From positions 1 through 37,115 of IMG/VR virus record IMGVR_UViG_3300046171_000001: 37,115 nucleotides of DNA, one strand, 5' to 3'. The position numbers were made by a program, and so were the translations under genes. The notes under the pieces are model-generated. The model was not told the origin of the DNA, did no database searches, and saw only the letters and a list, made by a program, of their open reading frames with translations. Source of the DNA: a virus. Taxonomy: Duplodnaviria; Caudoviricetes. Below are positions 36,445 to 37,115 of this stretch, piece after piece. The stretch's first letter is position 1; each line of letters opens with the position of its first letter.

Positions 36445-37115
36445 TGATATGCACGTTCCTTACCATCATAAGGATAGCATAGAGTTTTTAAGAGAAATAA
36501 AAAAAGAATATAAACCAGACATGATTGTTAATATAGGTGATCTATTAGATTTCCATGCCATATCTATGCATGAACATAATCCAGATTTATTTAGCGCAGG
36601 GCATGAATTAAAAGAAGCTAGAAAATACATTAAAGAACTAGAAGATATATTTCCTAAAATGGTAGAAGTAGATAGTAACCACTCTAGTCTTGTTTATAGA
36701 CGTGCATTAAAGTTTGGTATGTCAAAAGAATTTCTAAAAGATTATGGTGATTTTCTTGGTACTAAAAAATGGGAATGGATTGATGATTTAACTTTAACAT
36801 TATCTAATGGTAAAAGATGTTTTTTTACTCATGGAAGATCAGCAGATGTATTAAAGGTATCACAAGCAATGGGTATGAGTTGTGTACAGGGCCATTATCA
36901 TACTAAGTTTCTTATCTCTTATTGGGCCAATCCAGATAATATATTTTTTGGTATGAATGTTGGTTGTCTTATTAATCAAAAATCAATGGCATTTGCTTAT
37001 GCCAAAAATTTTAAAACTAGATTTATAATAGGTTGCGGAATGATTATAGATGGTATTCCAAGATTAATGCCTATGATCCTAGATGATAAAGGTAATTGGA
37101 TTAAGAAGTTGGTTT
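36419..37115 (+). CDS. Calcineurin-like metallophosphoesterase, stop outside window
   Basis: Not in track. My translation: MNKRILVISDMHVPY...IGDLLD...SNH...FTHG...QGHYH. Confidence 0.88.
   Translation, partial: MNKRILVISDMHVPYHHKDSIEFLREIKKEYKPDMIVNIGDLLDFHAISMHEHNPDLFSAGHELKEARKYIKELEDIFPKMVEVDSNHSSLVYRRALKFGMSKEFLKDYGDFLGTKKWEWIDDLTLTLSNGKRCFFTHGRSADVLKVSQAMGMSCVQGHYHTKFLISYWANPDNIFFGMNVGCLINQKSMAFAYAKNFKTRFIIGCGMIIDGIPRLMPMILDDKGNWIKKLV

Noticed and set aside
1-37115. tRNA, rRNA, integrase, DNA/RNA polymerase or methyltransferase genes
   Set aside because: None recognised by eye; the window ends are truncated, so absence from the genome is not established.

Overview
The window is most of an AT-rich marine podovirus genome. 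Gene order, the T7-like portal and tail, the P22-like terminase and the lack of a DNA or RNA polymerase resemble HTVC010P-type pelagiphages; a SAR11/alphaproteobacterial host is an inference. Minus strand 1-24978 is the virion block: small tail-fibre/receptor-binding modules with chaperones, main tail fibre, three ejection proteins (one of 2250 aa with several domains), tail tubular B/A, capsid, scaffold, portal, GNAT, TerL and TerS. Plus strand 25086-27209 holds small early genes. Minus strand 27221-32419 is replication: Ref-like nuclease, SF2 helicase, RepB-like primase, truncated DUF1376 initiator, candidate origin and Cro-like regulator. Plus strand 32530-37115 holds an SSB-like protein, PD-(D/E)xK nuclease, DUF3310, small membrane proteins, holin, lysozyme and a metallophosphoesterase. 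Five reading-frame lesions, one in an essential gene, suggest uncorrected sequencing errors. The main hidden signals are: (1) near-total avoidance of GANTC, GCWGC, CCNGG and GGWCC, apparently at the cost of conserved Pro-Gly motifs, with all exceptions seen confined to the first 3.2 kb; (2) a TTRAC-N4-GTYAA box placed like an early/late switch; (3) an iteron/Ser-Pro segment upstream of, rather than inside, the initiator gene; (4) a twin-hairpin capsid leader; (5) a GC-rich (TG)n island next to TerS. Motif counts are by eye and family calls come from motif recognition, so both need computational confirmation.
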